Shown here: positions 40,075-49,583 of the stretch, one piece after another
Layout of the letters: the number at the start of each line of letters is the position of its first letter
Numbering within the stretch: the first letter of the stretch is position 1
From: Holophagales bacterium UBA5704
Lineage (GTDB): Bacteria > Acidobacteriota > Thermoanaerobaculia > Multivoradales > UBA5704
NCBI GenBank assembly: GCA_002420005.1
Contig: DIHE01000067.1
Location: 4,229-62,817 of the forward strand
Direction: 5' to 3'
DNA length: 58,589 bases
The notes under the pieces: model-generated
The model's input: the letters and a program-made list of their open reading frames with translations, nothing else
Database searches by the model: none
What the model was told of the DNA's origin: nothing
Translations under genes and position numbers: made by a program

Positions 40075-40625
40075 ACGCCGCCACGTGCTGCGCGCCGTGG
40101 TTGTTGGCCTGGAGCGGGTGCGCGCTCGTCCGCGCGTTGTTCCGGGCGGCCTGCATCGCGTTCCCGCCCGCTTGCACCACGAAGCCGTTCACCTGGATCT
40201 CGGGGTTGGCGACCTGCCTCTCCAGGTGGGCGGCTTGGCTCACGAAGCCGGTGGCCTGCTTCGCCGGGTGGGCAGGGCAACCTCGCGAAGCAGCTCGCCA
40301 ACCTCACCTGTTCCTCCGGCCGCTTCGCGAAACAGGCCGCCCGCTACGCGAGCCGGACCATCCGCTACGTGTTCCACACCATCCGCTACGGGAATTCCAC
40401 CGCCTACCTCGCGAGGCGAGCCGGCCACACCACGAAGCGGGTCGCCAACCCCGCGAGGCGAGCCGGCCGGCTCTTGCCGCGGGCCGCCTGCCTCGGGAGT
40501 TACCTCGCCCGTTTCGCGAGTTGAGTCACCCACCTCGGGAGTCAGGGCGCTCAGCTCGCGAGCCACCTCGGCCGCGCCTCGAGGCGGGCCGCCAAGTCGG
40601 GCAAATCTGCCACCGGCCTCGAGGC
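40075..40625. repeat. Two back-to-back degenerate 21-bp tandem arrays forming a long imperfect palindrome
   Basis: Heptad periodicity in translations; CTGCTTCGC (40256)/GCGAAGCAG (40285); CGGGGTTGGCGACC (40201)/GGTCGCCAACCCCG (40440). Confidence 0.7.
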
Positions 40626-40668
40626 GCACCGTACGGCGCGTGCCGCGCCGATCACCGAACGCCCCCCC

Positions 40669-42159
40669 TCACCCATCAAATCGAAGCCCCCGAACCGCCC
40701 GCGCTCGCCCGAGGTAATCCTGCAGGCGCCGCACCAGGGACTCGCTCACTGCGCCTTTCTCCGCCGCATCCTTGAAGAGCAGCAGAGCGCCGATGGCCTC
40801 CCGGTGCACGCCCTGGGCTTCGAAGACCTTCAGCATCTCCACCGCCAGCGCCGCCACCTCCGGGAACCGCCCCTCGTCCCGGTAGACCAGCGCCAGGTCC
40901 AGGCTCACCAGGGCATGATCGAAGGGCATCTCCGCGAAGCCGGCGCGAACCTCCTCGAACACGGCCACCGCGGCCGCCCTCTCGCCCAGCCCCACATGCA
41001 GGTTCCCCTCCAACCAACGGGTCCGCAAGGTGTCGATGGCGTTGCCAAGACGGTTCGTCAGCTTGCGCACTTCTTTAACGATTGGCTCCGCTTCCTCGAC
41101 CCGTTTCAGCCGCAGAAGATTCGCGGCGAGATTGAACCGAAGGACGGTGAACAGCCGAGGCTCCTGCTTGGGGTCCACTTCCCGGGCTGCCAGCTCGAGG
41201 GCAGAGATCGAGCCCGCGTGGTCGCCCTTGTCGCCGAGTGTGCCAGCCTTGTTCAGCAGGATGAAGCCGATCTCGGCCGGCCTGGCCACGGCGAGGGCCT
41301 GGTCGTGCAATCTGATGGCTTGGGGGAACCGGCGCTGGGCCCAGCGGAGAGACGCTTCCAGGTCCAGAAGGCACGCTTCGGAGAGGACGCCCGCCGGGTC
41401 CACTCCGGCCTTCCAGGAGCGCCAGGCACGGTCGAACGTCGCTTCGGCAAGCTGGAGCTCCCCGGCGGTCTTCTGCGCATTGGCCACGAAGCCGAGGCAA
41501 CAGCCCCGCAGGCGGGCCAGCCAGGCGGCGGGGCCGGGTACCCGCTCGGCGATGAAGCCGGCCAGCTCGGCGAGCTGCAAGGCATCGGCGGGTGCGTGCG
41601 CTGCAGCCCGCTCGCTCGCGGCACAGAGGCGGAGGCAGACCAGCCAGTGCCGAAAGGAGGCCGCACCTTCGATGAGGAGCAGCCGGTCGGCCGCCGAGCT
41701 CCGCTGCAAAGTGGCCACCAGGCGATCCGCGGCGCTGCTCTCCGCCGCGGTCGGTGGCCGCGGCTGCCAACCGGGTGTTGATCCGCGCAGAAGAGCAAGC
41801 TCGGCCCGCGCCAGGTCCAGCGCCCGGCTCACCGGGCGCCACGCCGCCTCCCGCAGCTCCTCGGCACCACGGCCCCGGCCCGGCTGAGGGGGGGCGACCG
41901 CCGTCTCCGAGGCGATGGCCCTGCGGATGAGCTCGAGGCAATGCGCGATGAAGCCCCAGACCCGGAGGGGCACCCGCCCGACTTCAGCGATTCGCTCACG
42001 CTGCGCAAACCCTGGCTCAACCTCCCCTCTCTCGTACTTCGAGAGCAGGCTCTGGTCGATCCCTGTCTTCTCGAAGAGAACCTCCTGTGTCCATCTGTTC
42101 AGCCACCGAACGAACCGAATCACCTCGCCCCAGAATGCAACCAGCTCTGCCGCCTTCAT
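40669..42159 (-). CDS. XRE-HTH + TPR-like regulator A
   Basis: WTQEVLFEKTGIDQSLLSKYERG HTH followed by TPR-like helices; GGAGG RBS. Confidence 0.85.
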   Translation of the reverse strand: MKAAELVAFWGEVIRFVRWLNRWTQEVLFEKTGIDQSLLSKYERGEVEPGFAQRERIAEVGRVPLRVWGFIAHCLELIRRAIASETAVAPPQPGRGRGAEELREAAWRPVSRALDLARAELALLRGSTPGWQPRPPTAAESSAADRLVATLQRSSAADRLLLIEGAASFRHWLVCLRLCAASERAAAHAPADALQLAELAGFIAERVPGPAAWLARLRGCCLGFVANAQKTAGELQLAEATFDRAWRSWKAGVDPAGVLSEACLLDLEASLRWAQRRFPQAIRLHDQALAVARPAEIGFILLNKAGTLGDKGDHAGSISALELAAREVDPKQEPRLFTVLRFNLAANLLRLKRVEEAEPIVKEVRKLTNRLGNAIDTLRTRWLEGNLHVGLGERAAAVAVFEEVRAGFAEMPFDHALVSLDLALVYRDEGRFPEVAALAVEMLKVFEAQGVHREAIGALLLFKDAAEKGAVSESLVRRLQDYLGRARAVRGLRFDG

Positions 42160-42302
42160 ACCGCCTCCTGCGTGCCCGTGACCCGACGTCCAGGTGACGC
42201 TGATGGATTTATTCGACCGACTCCAGGCACCATGAAGGCGCCCGGCGGTAAGTGCCCGGCCAATCCCGGCCGCACCGCAGCCGCCCTGTTCAAGGAGCCC
42301 AC

Positions 42303-42653
42303 ATGTTTCGACGGCAATCCTCTCGCACTCTCGCTTTGTGCTTCGCCCTCCTCCTCACCGCTCAGGCCGCCATGGCGGCGCCGCGCCCCGCGGATGCAAC
42401 AGCCGGCTCGGCCCGCGCCTTCGCCGCTCTGCTTTGGCAGACTCTTGCCGGTGCGTGGGGCGAAGTGGGTTGCTTGTTCGACCCCCACGGCGGCTGTGGG
42501 ACCACGCAAGCACCCGAGCCGCCGGCCAACAGCGACGCCGGCTGCTGGCTCGACCCCCACGGCGGCTGCGGCGCCGACCAGGCCCCCGCACCGCAGGATC
42601 AGGCCGACGAAGGCTGTTATATTGACCCCCATGGTGGATGCGGTGCCCGCTAG
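42303..42653 (+). CDS. Secreted pro-peptide with three GCxxDPHGGCG cores
   Basis: AAGGAG RBS; signal peptide ending in AMA; cores at 42468, 42540 and 42612 (72-bp period). Confidence 0.85.
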   Translation: MFRRQSSRTLALCFALLLTAQAAMAAPRPADATAGSARAFAALLWQTLAGAWGEVGCLFDPHGGCGTTQAPEPPANSDAGCWLDPHGGCGADQAPAPQDQADEGCYIDPHGGCGAR

Positions 42654-42657
42654 TGCG

Positions 42658-44139
42658 CTAGGCGGTGCCCACGGCGGGGTCAAACTTTAGCTCCGGGCTG
42701 CCGGTCACCTTCATCAGGTACTCTTTCAGGCGCCGCACCAGCACCTCGGTGACGGCGCCTTTCTCGGAAGCTTCCTTGAAGAGGATCAACGCTGCGAGGG
42801 TGTCACGCTCCACTTTCAAGGCCTGGAACGTCGTAAGCATCTCCACTGCCAGCCTCTGGACGGCCTCGTGCCGCCCTGCACCCAGATGAATCAGCGCAAG
42901 ATCCAGGCTCACCTGGGCCTGCGTGAAGGGGAGGTCTTTCAGGGCAAGGGCGCTGCGCACCTCCCCCAAGGCGGTTGCAGCGGCGGCACCCTGCCCCAGG
43001 GCTGCCAGCGCATTCCCCTCCAGCCAGCGGGTTTTGATGAGATCGAGGTCATTTCTCAACCGATCAGCGAGAAACTGCGCTTGAGAAATAAGATGTAGCG
43101 CCTCCTTGGCCTTGCCAAGGCGGACTAGATTGGAAGCGCGGTTGAACCAAAGCGCAAACATATAGCGCGGCTCCTTCTCGCCGTCGATCTCGGGTTCCGC
43201 TTGGTCGAGGGCGGCCATCGAACCTGCATAGTCGCCCTTCCCGGCGAGCGTGACCGCCTTGTTGAGAAGGATGAACATCGATTCCCCCGGCCACGCGGCG
43301 GCGAGCGCCTCCTCGTGCAGCCTGACCGCCTGGTCGAGTGCATTCTGGCCCCGGCGGAAGGAGGCCTCTTTGTCGAGCAGCCGCGCTTGGGAAAGGAGGC
43401 CTGCTTCATCCTCCCCGGCTTTCCAGGCGGCCCGCGAGCGGCTGTAGAGTGCGTCGGCGGCGGCGAAGTCCTTGCCTTTCGCCTTGTGGGTATGCGCGGC
43501 GTGCCCCAGGCAGTATCCGGAGAGCCGAGAGCGCCAGGCATCCGTGCCCGGCACATGTTGAGAAACCAGGTGGGCCAACTCGGCAAGCCGGAGCGCCCTT
43601 TCGGGGTCGCGGGGGTTTTCGGCCTCACTAGCTTCGCAGAGGGCGACGGCCAAGCCCCAGTGCTGGTAGTCGGGCGCGCCTGCAATGAGCACCCCTTGAT
43701 CGGCGGCCGAGTACCGCCTGAGCTGGGTGGCCAGCTCGCGGCCTTCGGCGCGGGCGCGTTCGGCGTTCTCCTCCCAGACCTCGCGGAGGAGCTGGTCGTA
43801 GACGAGCTCGTACTCCTCCCGGCCGGCCATCGCCGCAGCCTTGGCGAGGCTTTGGCGCTGCGCCGGGCTCGGGTCCACCGGGGTGCGCGGCGCGGCGTCG
43901 CCGGGGTGCACAACGGTCGCCGCGAACACCGCCCGTTCCACCAATCCGGATTCAATCTTCATCAACTGCGCGATGCCATCGAGCCGTGCGCGGTCCATCT
44001 CCGTTTCCCCTCGCTGCAGGGCCGAGATCGTGCTCGGCGCGCACCCGGCGGCTTCGGCGAGCTCCTTCGCCGTCCTGCCCGTGACCTCCAACAGAATCGT
44101 CAGAGCCAGATTGTGAACCGGGGGTGTCTCTCTTGGCAT
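42658..44139 (-). CDS. XRE-HTH + TPR-like regulator B (paralogue of A)
   Basis: TAKELAEAAGCAPSTISALQRGE HTH; shares ALxLAELA, ILLNKA, TRWLEGN, VSLDLAL, LVRRL and LxFD with A. Confidence 0.85.
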   Translation of the reverse strand: MPRETPPVHNLALTILLEVTGRTAKELAEAAGCAPSTISALQRGETEMDRARLDGIAQLMKIESGLVERAVFAATVVHPGDAAPRTPVDPSPAQRQSLAKAAAMAGREEYELVYDQLLREVWEENAERARAEGRELATQLRRYSAADQGVLIAGAPDYQHWGLAVALCEASEAENPRDPERALRLAELAHLVSQHVPGTDAWRSRLSGYCLGHAAHTHKAKGKDFAAADALYSRSRAAWKAGEDEAGLLSQARLLDKEASFRRGQNALDQAVRLHEEALAAAWPGESMFILLNKAVTLAGKGDYAGSMAALDQAEPEIDGEKEPRYMFALWFNRASNLVRLGKAKEALHLISQAQFLADRLRNDLDLIKTRWLEGNALAALGQGAAAATALGEVRSALALKDLPFTQAQVSLDLALIHLGAGRHEAVQRLAVEMLTTFQALKVERDTLAALILFKEASEKGAVTEVLVRRLKEYLMKVTGSPELKFDPAVGTA

Positions 44140-44428
44140 CGTTTCTCCCTTCGAGTCTTCTCCCAAAACATAGGGTGCGCGCCAAGCGCAAAACGTGACA
44201 AGCGATTCCAACCTGGTTACGTACGGTCGAAAAAAACCAGCGCCGTAACCTTATACAAGAGCAACACGCCCCTCCCGGTGTCTGGCAGAGCTCTCCCCGA
44301 TAGCCTCCCCCTCGAAGTCACCCAACCCGCTGGCGCGGGGACTCAGCGTTGTGCCGTCAACCCTAGTTTAGGAGAACTCGGAGTCGCGCGTAAACCGATT
44401 CCGCATTTACGCCTTGAGGCTATTCGCC

Positions 44429-44860
44429 ATGACCGAGACGCCTGAAGCCGTCGCCCCGCCGGTGATCGACCCCGCCCGGTGGGACGAGCACGAAGGGTTC
44501 CGCGAGACGTTCCTGGCGATGATCACCCACGCGGGGCACAACGCCGCGCTCCGTGGCCTCGGCGGGATGATCCACGAGCAAGCCAGCGAATTGCAGCGCA
44601 TCTTCTACCGGCCGCCGGAGGGCGATGTGGTCCACTGCTTGCGGGCCGTGGTGGCGGATCTCCGGTACTTGACGGGCTACCTCGAAGTCCACGCGGACGC
44701 CAGAGCCACCACCGACGAAGAGTATGCCCTCTTGCGGCTCGCCTGGCGCAAAGCGGCTTCCCTGAAGAAGGTCGCCGACGCCTTGGAGGAGGCCTTGAAC
44801 GGGGGCAACGGCAAGAACGCCAGGAAGAACACAAAGACCAAGAAGAGGGAGGCGCGGTGA
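44429..44860 (+). CDS. Hypothetical helical protein
   Basis: GAGG RBS; first gene of a translationally coupled operon. Confidence 0.65.
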   Translation: MTETPEAVAPPVIDPARWDEHEGFRETFLAMITHAGHNAALRGLGGMIHEQASELQRIFYRPPEGDVVHCLRAVVADLRYLTGYLEVHADARATTDEEYALLRLAWRKAASLKKVADALEEALNGGNGKNARKNTKTKKREAR

Positions 44861-45276
44861 TGGGCGGGGAAGCCGAATCGCAAGGGCCGTTCCATCTCGC
44901 CTGGTATGAACCGCACATCGAAGGCATCGTCTCGGGGGGAGCCTGGGTGCGCTACCTGCTGGTGCCGGTGGCCCTTCCCAAAAAGTTTCGGGCGACACGC
45001 ACCCTGCAGGTGATCAGCCACACCGGCCGGCCGCTGGTTGTGCTGGAGGACGTCTTCGCCGTCCGGGTGGTGATGCTGCGCCCGCCCGGGACACCGGAAG
45101 GGGAGGAATCTCCGGAAGAACAGCGGCTGATCGCCGCGCTCCGCGAGCGGGCCGTGCCGGCTGCGGCGGAGAAAAGCCTTCCTGAGCTGCGGGCGACCAC
45201 CACCGCGGAGGCCTGGGGCCGCGGGGTGATCTCCCGTTTCACCCGCGACACGCTCGTCCGGGCGGGGGGTGGGTAA
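44860..45276 (+). CDS. Hypothetical protein
   Basis: TGATG and TAATG overlaps; GGAGG RBS. Confidence 0.6.
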   Translation: MGGEAESQGPFHLAWYEPHIEGIVSGGAWVRYLLVPVALPKKFRATRTLQVISHTGRPLVVLEDVFAVRVVMLRPPGTPEGEESPEEQRLIAALRERAVPAAAEKSLPELRATTTAEAWGRGVISRFTRDTLVRAGGG

Positions 45277-46082
45277 TGCGCGGCGGCCTGAGTGGCGCAC
45301 CGGGCCATTCCGGTGAGATCCTGCGGGCCGCCGCGCTCCAGAGCTGGAGCCGGGACCTGCTGAGCGAGGCGGCCGACCTCTTCCACCGCGCCGAGACCGC
45401 CTTCCGCGGCGCCGGCCGAGAGGCCGAGGTGCTTGCCACGGTTCGGCTGCGGGTCCTTCTGCATTCCGAGATGCAGGAAGGCGATGCGGCTCTCTGGCAC
45501 TATCGGGCGTGCGACGGCCCGGGAGCGGATCGGCTCTGGCTCAAAGCCCGGGCCGCGTTGACCGCCGCTTTCTGGTTTGCCGACCGTGGCGGCCCCGGTG
45601 ACGAGGCGGCGGCCCGCCAGGCGCTCGCTCGGGGCCGCGCGCTCGCCCGGCGGGTGGCCGACGAGGCGGAACGCCTCCATCTCGACGGGCTCGCTGCGAG
45701 AGCCACCGCCCGGCGGCTCGGCGGTCTGCGAGGCAACCTCGCTCTGGCCAGCTTGCGGCACCGGTTCCTCGCCTGGCTTCCCTGGATCGATCAGCTCCTG
45801 CTCGGCCTGGACATCCAAGCCTGCCGCACACCCGCGGGCCAGACCCTCGACCTCGCCGCGGTGTGGCAGGACGTCCGCCGCACCGCCGGGTACCCACCTG
45901 AAGGCCACCACCGCGTGGCGGAGGCCATGGACCTCACGAGCCGGTTCGGCCCCAGAGAGCTCCCTTGGAGGACCGCCGGCTTCGCCGGGCTCTTGCTGCG
46001 CGGCTTCTTCCGCCGCGACGGCTACGAGGTTCGGCCGATTCCCTTTTTCACGCCCCTTCCGGGCCGAAGCGAGGCCGCATGA
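45276..46082 (+). CDS. HTH-less TPR-like paralogue 1 (N-terminally shorter)
   Basis: EVLATVRLRVLLHSEM, WLKARAAL, RPIPF. Confidence 0.7.
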   Translation: MRGGLSGAPGHSGEILRAAALQSWSRDLLSEAADLFHRAETAFRGAGREAEVLATVRLRVLLHSEMQEGDAALWHYRACDGPGADRLWLKARAALTAAFWFADRGGPGDEAAARQALARGRALARRVADEAERLHLDGLAARATARRLGGLRGNLALASLRHRFLAWLPWIDQLLLGLDIQACRTPAGQTLDLAAVWQDVRRTAGYPPEGHHRVAEAMDLTSRFGPRELPWRTAGFAGLLLRGFFRRDGYEVRPIPFFTPLPGRSEAA

Positions 46083-47266
46083 CGGCAAGACCGATTCCAT
46101 GGGAGACCGAACAGCTCGCTGCGGAGCTGGCGGAGCTGATCCGGCGGAAGCAGGATGATGCTCCCTTCCTTGATGTTCTCAGCGACGAGCGGTTCCACAG
46201 CTTCGAGGTCGGCGTTGCCTTGGCCCGGCACGCCGCGGCGCTGCAAGGGGTCGATGCCAGTCGATGCGCCCGGCTGGCGACCGCGGCCGGAGCTCTCTGC
46301 GCCGGGCTGTTCGCGGAAGAAAGCGTGAGCCAGGTCTCCGAAGAGCCGGGCGCTGTGGAGGAGGGCGAACGGGTGCGTGCCCTGGTCGGCAACGCGGTGC
46401 GGCTGCGGGGACAAGGCGATGGAGACCTGGCCCTGGCCCTGATGACCGGCCACCGCCAACTGCCGCGAGGGCGCGGCGGAGAGCTGTTCCGGGCGCAGGG
46501 TCTGGTGCATTGGGAGATGACGCAGCTCACCGAGGCGGTCGCTCTGCTGGCGGTCGCCAATGTCCGATTCAGCGACCAGAGGCGGGCCGGGGAGGTGCTT
46601 GCCACGCGCGAGCTGCGCGTGCTGCTGCATGCCGAGATGGGGGAATCCTGGGAGGCCTTGCGGCTCTATGCCTCCTGCCGCGGCACGGAGCCGCCGACTG
46701 AACGGCCTTGGCTGAGCGCGCGCGCGGCGTTGGCCGCCGCCTTCTGCCATGCCGAGCGGGATACTGCGGGCGACCGGGCGGCGCTCAGGGAGGCTCTCCA
46801 CCGCGGCAACGAGCTGGCGGCAGTGGTGACCGACGAGCGAGAGCTCCTGGCCCTCACCTGGCTCGCAGCCCGCGCGAAAGCCCGCCTGAAAAGCGACGCC
46901 CGGAGCGCCGAGGAGCTGGAGGCGCTGCGCGAGCCGGCCTTGCTTCTGCTGGGCTGGCACGACTACGCGCTCCTCACCTTGGACGTCTTTGCCTGCCGCG
47001 CCGGGGCGGATCACGCCCTGGACCTGAACCTTCTGCGCGAAGAGCTCCAGCCGACGGCCCCTACGCCGGAGACCGTGGGGGCCTTGTTCGGGTTCTTCCA
47101 GCCCGGGACCGGACATGCCGGTCTCGCCTGGTGCGAGGCCGGCATGATCGGCCGCAATCTGCGCAGCCGCAGCCGCGCCTCCCCCCGGCCCGGCCTGCGC
47201 CCCCTTCCCTTTCTTGTGCATTGGCCCCGACCGCACAAGGTGCCCAACGACCCAAAACCTTCTTGA
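46079..47266 (+). CDS. HTH-less TPR-like paralogue 2
   Basis: EVLATRELRVLLHAEMG, PWLSARAAL, WLAARA, RPLPF. Confidence 0.7.
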   Translation: MTARPIPWETEQLAAELAELIRRKQDDAPFLDVLSDERFHSFEVGVALARHAAALQGVDASRCARLATAAGALCAGLFAEESVSQVSEEPGAVEEGERVRALVGNAVRLRGQGDGDLALALMTGHRQLPRGRGGELFRAQGLVHWEMTQLTEAVALLAVANVRFSDQRRAGEVLATRELRVLLHAEMGESWEALRLYASCRGTEPPTERPWLSARAALAAAFCHAERDTAGDRAALREALHRGNELAAVVTDERELLALTWLAARAKARLKSDARSAEELEALREPALLLLGWHDYALLTLDVFACRAGADHALDLNLLREELQPTAPTPETVGALFGFFQPGTGHAGLAWCEAGMIGRNLRSRSRASPRPGLRPLPFLVHWPRPHKVPNDPKPS

Positions 47267-47295
47267 TGCCCTCCCGGGCGGAGCGAGGCTGAGTG

Positions 47296-48420
47296 ATGAG
47301 CGTCGAGACGAAACCATTGAACCTCCAGGAGCTGGTCGACGAGCTGGGCAGACTCCTGGTGATCGGGAGCTTTGGCTGCAATGGGGGCGGGGCCGATGCC
47401 GCCCGCGCCGCCGCCTTGCAAGACGTGAACGGCTGGCGCGACAAGCCCGCGTCGCCGACCCGGACCACTCTGCGTGCCTCCGTCGGACAGATCCTCTTCC
47501 AAGCCGCCCAGCCATCCGCCGAACGCGCGCGTGCGCTCGCAGGCAATGCGCTGCGGCTGCGCGCCCGGAGCCACTACGCCAGGGAGGTGATGAGTCTCGC
47601 CGGCATCCTCCCGCCGGGCCTCAGCGCGGAGTACTGCCGCTCGTTGGCCCTCATCTGCTGGGAACAGCAGGGCCTCACCGCGGCGGTCGCCCTGCTGGAG
47701 CGGGCGGCACGCCTGTTTCGCGACGTCGAGCACCTACCCGCGGAGGTCCGCGCGACACAGCAGCTGAGGGTGGTGCTCCATGCCGAGATGGGGGACTTCG
47801 CCGAGGCCGTCAAGCTCGCCCAGGAGATCGACGCGGCCCCCGGGCATGGAACCGACCGCCTTCCTTGGCTGCGAGCCCGGGCGGCTCTGAACGTCGCCTT
47901 CTGCCACAGCGCCCTCGGCAAGGAGGAGGACTGTGCGGCCTTCGAGCTGGGGCTTCAGGCCGCGGAGTCTGTCACCGAGGAGGCCGAACGCCTGTACCTG
48001 AGTTGGCTCGCCGCCCGCGCGTGGGCGCGCCGCCCCAATGGGCGCCGCGTCGGCGTGAGCAAGCTCGGGAAGCTCCTCGAGCCCGCCGCGCGCCTTTGGC
48101 CGGAGGGTGACGTCTGTCTCCTTCTCCTCGATCTCTGTGTGTGCCGCACTCCGGGGCGGCAGGAACTGGACCTCCATCGGCTCGAGAAGGAGTTGCGCAG
48201 TGCCGCGTTGTCACCGGCCGGCGCAGCCGCCGCCGCTCGCGGGCTCGCCTTTCTCAGAAGCCAAGGTTTTCCCTACCCCGGCGTCTGGGACATGGGCGCC
48301 GAAGCGGCGCGCTGCCTGCGGGCAGCCTTCCGTGTCATCGAGCCGGGCGCAATGCGACCGATCCCTTTCCAGGTGCCGTGGCCCGTGGGCGCCGAGGTGC
48401 CTGTTCCTATGGAGGCCTGA
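47296..48420 (+). CDS. HTH-less TPR-like paralogue 3
   Basis: EVRATQQLRVVLHAEMG, PWLRARAAL, WLAARA, RPIPF. Confidence 0.7.
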   Translation: MSVETKPLNLQELVDELGRLLVIGSFGCNGGGADAARAAALQDVNGWRDKPASPTRTTLRASVGQILFQAAQPSAERARALAGNALRLRARSHYAREVMSLAGILPPGLSAEYCRSLALICWEQQGLTAAVALLERAARLFRDVEHLPAEVRATQQLRVVLHAEMGDFAEAVKLAQEIDAAPGHGTDRLPWLRARAALNVAFCHSALGKEEDCAAFELGLQAAESVTEEAERLYLSWLAARAWARRPNGRRVGVSKLGKLLEPAARLWPEGDVCLLLLDLCVCRTPGRQELDLHRLEKELRSAALSPAGAAAAARGLAFLRSQGFPYPGVWDMGAEAARCLRAAFRVIEPGAMRPIPFQVPWPVGAEVPVPMEA

Positions 48421-49583
48421 TGAACGAGACAGCCGTGATGACCGTGGCCGAGCCGGCCACAGCCCCTGAATCTTTTCCCCGGTGTCCGGACGCCCTGCCA
48501 CCTGACCGGCGGCGCGCGGCCGAAGCCTTACGTGAGGAGCTGGTGGCCGAGAAAGCCGGCAGAGCCGAGCGGTTTCGCTCAGAGGACCTGCTCGAGCTGC
48601 TGCTCTTCGACAGCGCCGCCGCCCTGCCGGACGATCCCAAGACTGCTGAGAACTGGGCCGGGCTCGCCTTCTTGGTCGCCTGCGAGACCGCCGGCCGGCA
48701 GGGTTTGGCCAACGACCGCAAGGTCCGAGCCTTGCGCCTGAGAGCCCATGCCCTGCGGCTGCAGCGCAGACCCGAGCAGGCGGAAGCCGACCTCTCCGAG
48801 GCGCTCAACTTTCTGGCCGCAGACTCCTTGGAGAAAGCACCCTTCCACCTCGCATGCGGCCTGCTGCAGAGGGACCTCCGCAACCCGCAGGGGGCACTGG
48901 CGCACCTCCACGAGGCCGCCCGGGTGTACCTCCGCTCGGGTGCCACGGCGAAGCAGGGGACCTGCCTGCTGCTCGCCGGCTTGGTCTCCGTTGCTGACGG
49001 CGACGCCGACCGCGCTCTGCTGGAGCTCACGGAAGGCTGGAGACAAGTCGACCCGGCATGGCACCCGCGGCTCAGCCGCGTCGCCGGCTTCACCTATGTC
49101 CGGCTCGCGGTCGAGAACGCCGGACTCACGGAAACCACCTGGAAGGACTTCAACCGGGCTCTTGAACTGAGCGATCGCATCCACGACGAGGACATCGGGG
49201 AGAGGCTTCAGGCGCGCCGCCTGGAAGCCGCGGCCCGGGCGCAGCTCGGCCAAGCCGCAGATGCAGAGGAAGAGCTTCGCGACGTCTTTCGGCAGGAGCT
49301 GGCCCGAGAGGACTTGGCCGGGAGCACCTTGGCCGCGTTGGACCTCTCCTGCGTGCTCAAGCAATTGGGGCAGGGAGAGCTCTGGACGGCATTGATCGAG
49401 GACCTCGAGCAACTGGACGTCGAAGTGGGCGCTGAGCTTGCCCGTGTGGCGGTGCGCTCGTTTTGGACCGACGTCCGCCAGGGCTGGGTCGCCAGGCGGG
49501 CCGCGCTGCGCGCCGAGGCGGAATTCCACCGCATGTGCCGGGCGATGGAGGTGCCCCAGGGAGATCCCTTTGACTTCGCTTGA
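48420..49583 (+). CDS. HTH-less TPR-like protein 4
   Basis: DPKTAENWAGLA, RAHALRLQ, VDPAWHPRL, LAALDL; resembles the TPR part of regulators A/B. Confidence 0.7.
   Translation: MNETAVMTVAEPATAPESFPRCPDALPPDRRRAAEALREELVAEKAGRAERFRSEDLLELLLFDSAAALPDDPKTAENWAGLAFLVACETAGRQGLANDRKVRALRLRAHALRLQRRPEQAEADLSEALNFLAADSLEKAPFHLACGLLQRDLRNPQGALAHLHEAARVYLRSGATAKQGTCLLLAGLVSVADGDADRALLELTEGWRQVDPAWHPRLSRVAGFTYVRLAVENAGLTETTWKDFNRALELSDRIHDEDIGERLQARRLEAAARAQLGQAADAEEELRDVFRQELAREDLAGSTLAALDLSCVLKQLGQGELWTALIEDLEQLDVEVGAELARVAVRSFWTDVRQGWVARRAALRAEAEFHRMCRAMEVPQGDPFDFA

Noticed and set aside
39657-40775. 372-aa ORF spanning the 21-bp arrays
   Set aside because: Overlaps real genes on the opposite strand and crosses the symmetry centre; the heptads likely reflect DNA periodicity
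42468-42644. 72-bp periodic repeat as a mini-CRISPR
   Set aside because: Repeats vary at synonymous positions and keep frame within an ORF with RBS and signal peptide, so they are protein-coding
42303-42653. Classical RiPP cluster
   Set aside because: No radical SAM, YcaO, LanM or ATP-grasp enzyme or peptidase-transporter in the window; modification in trans cannot be excluded
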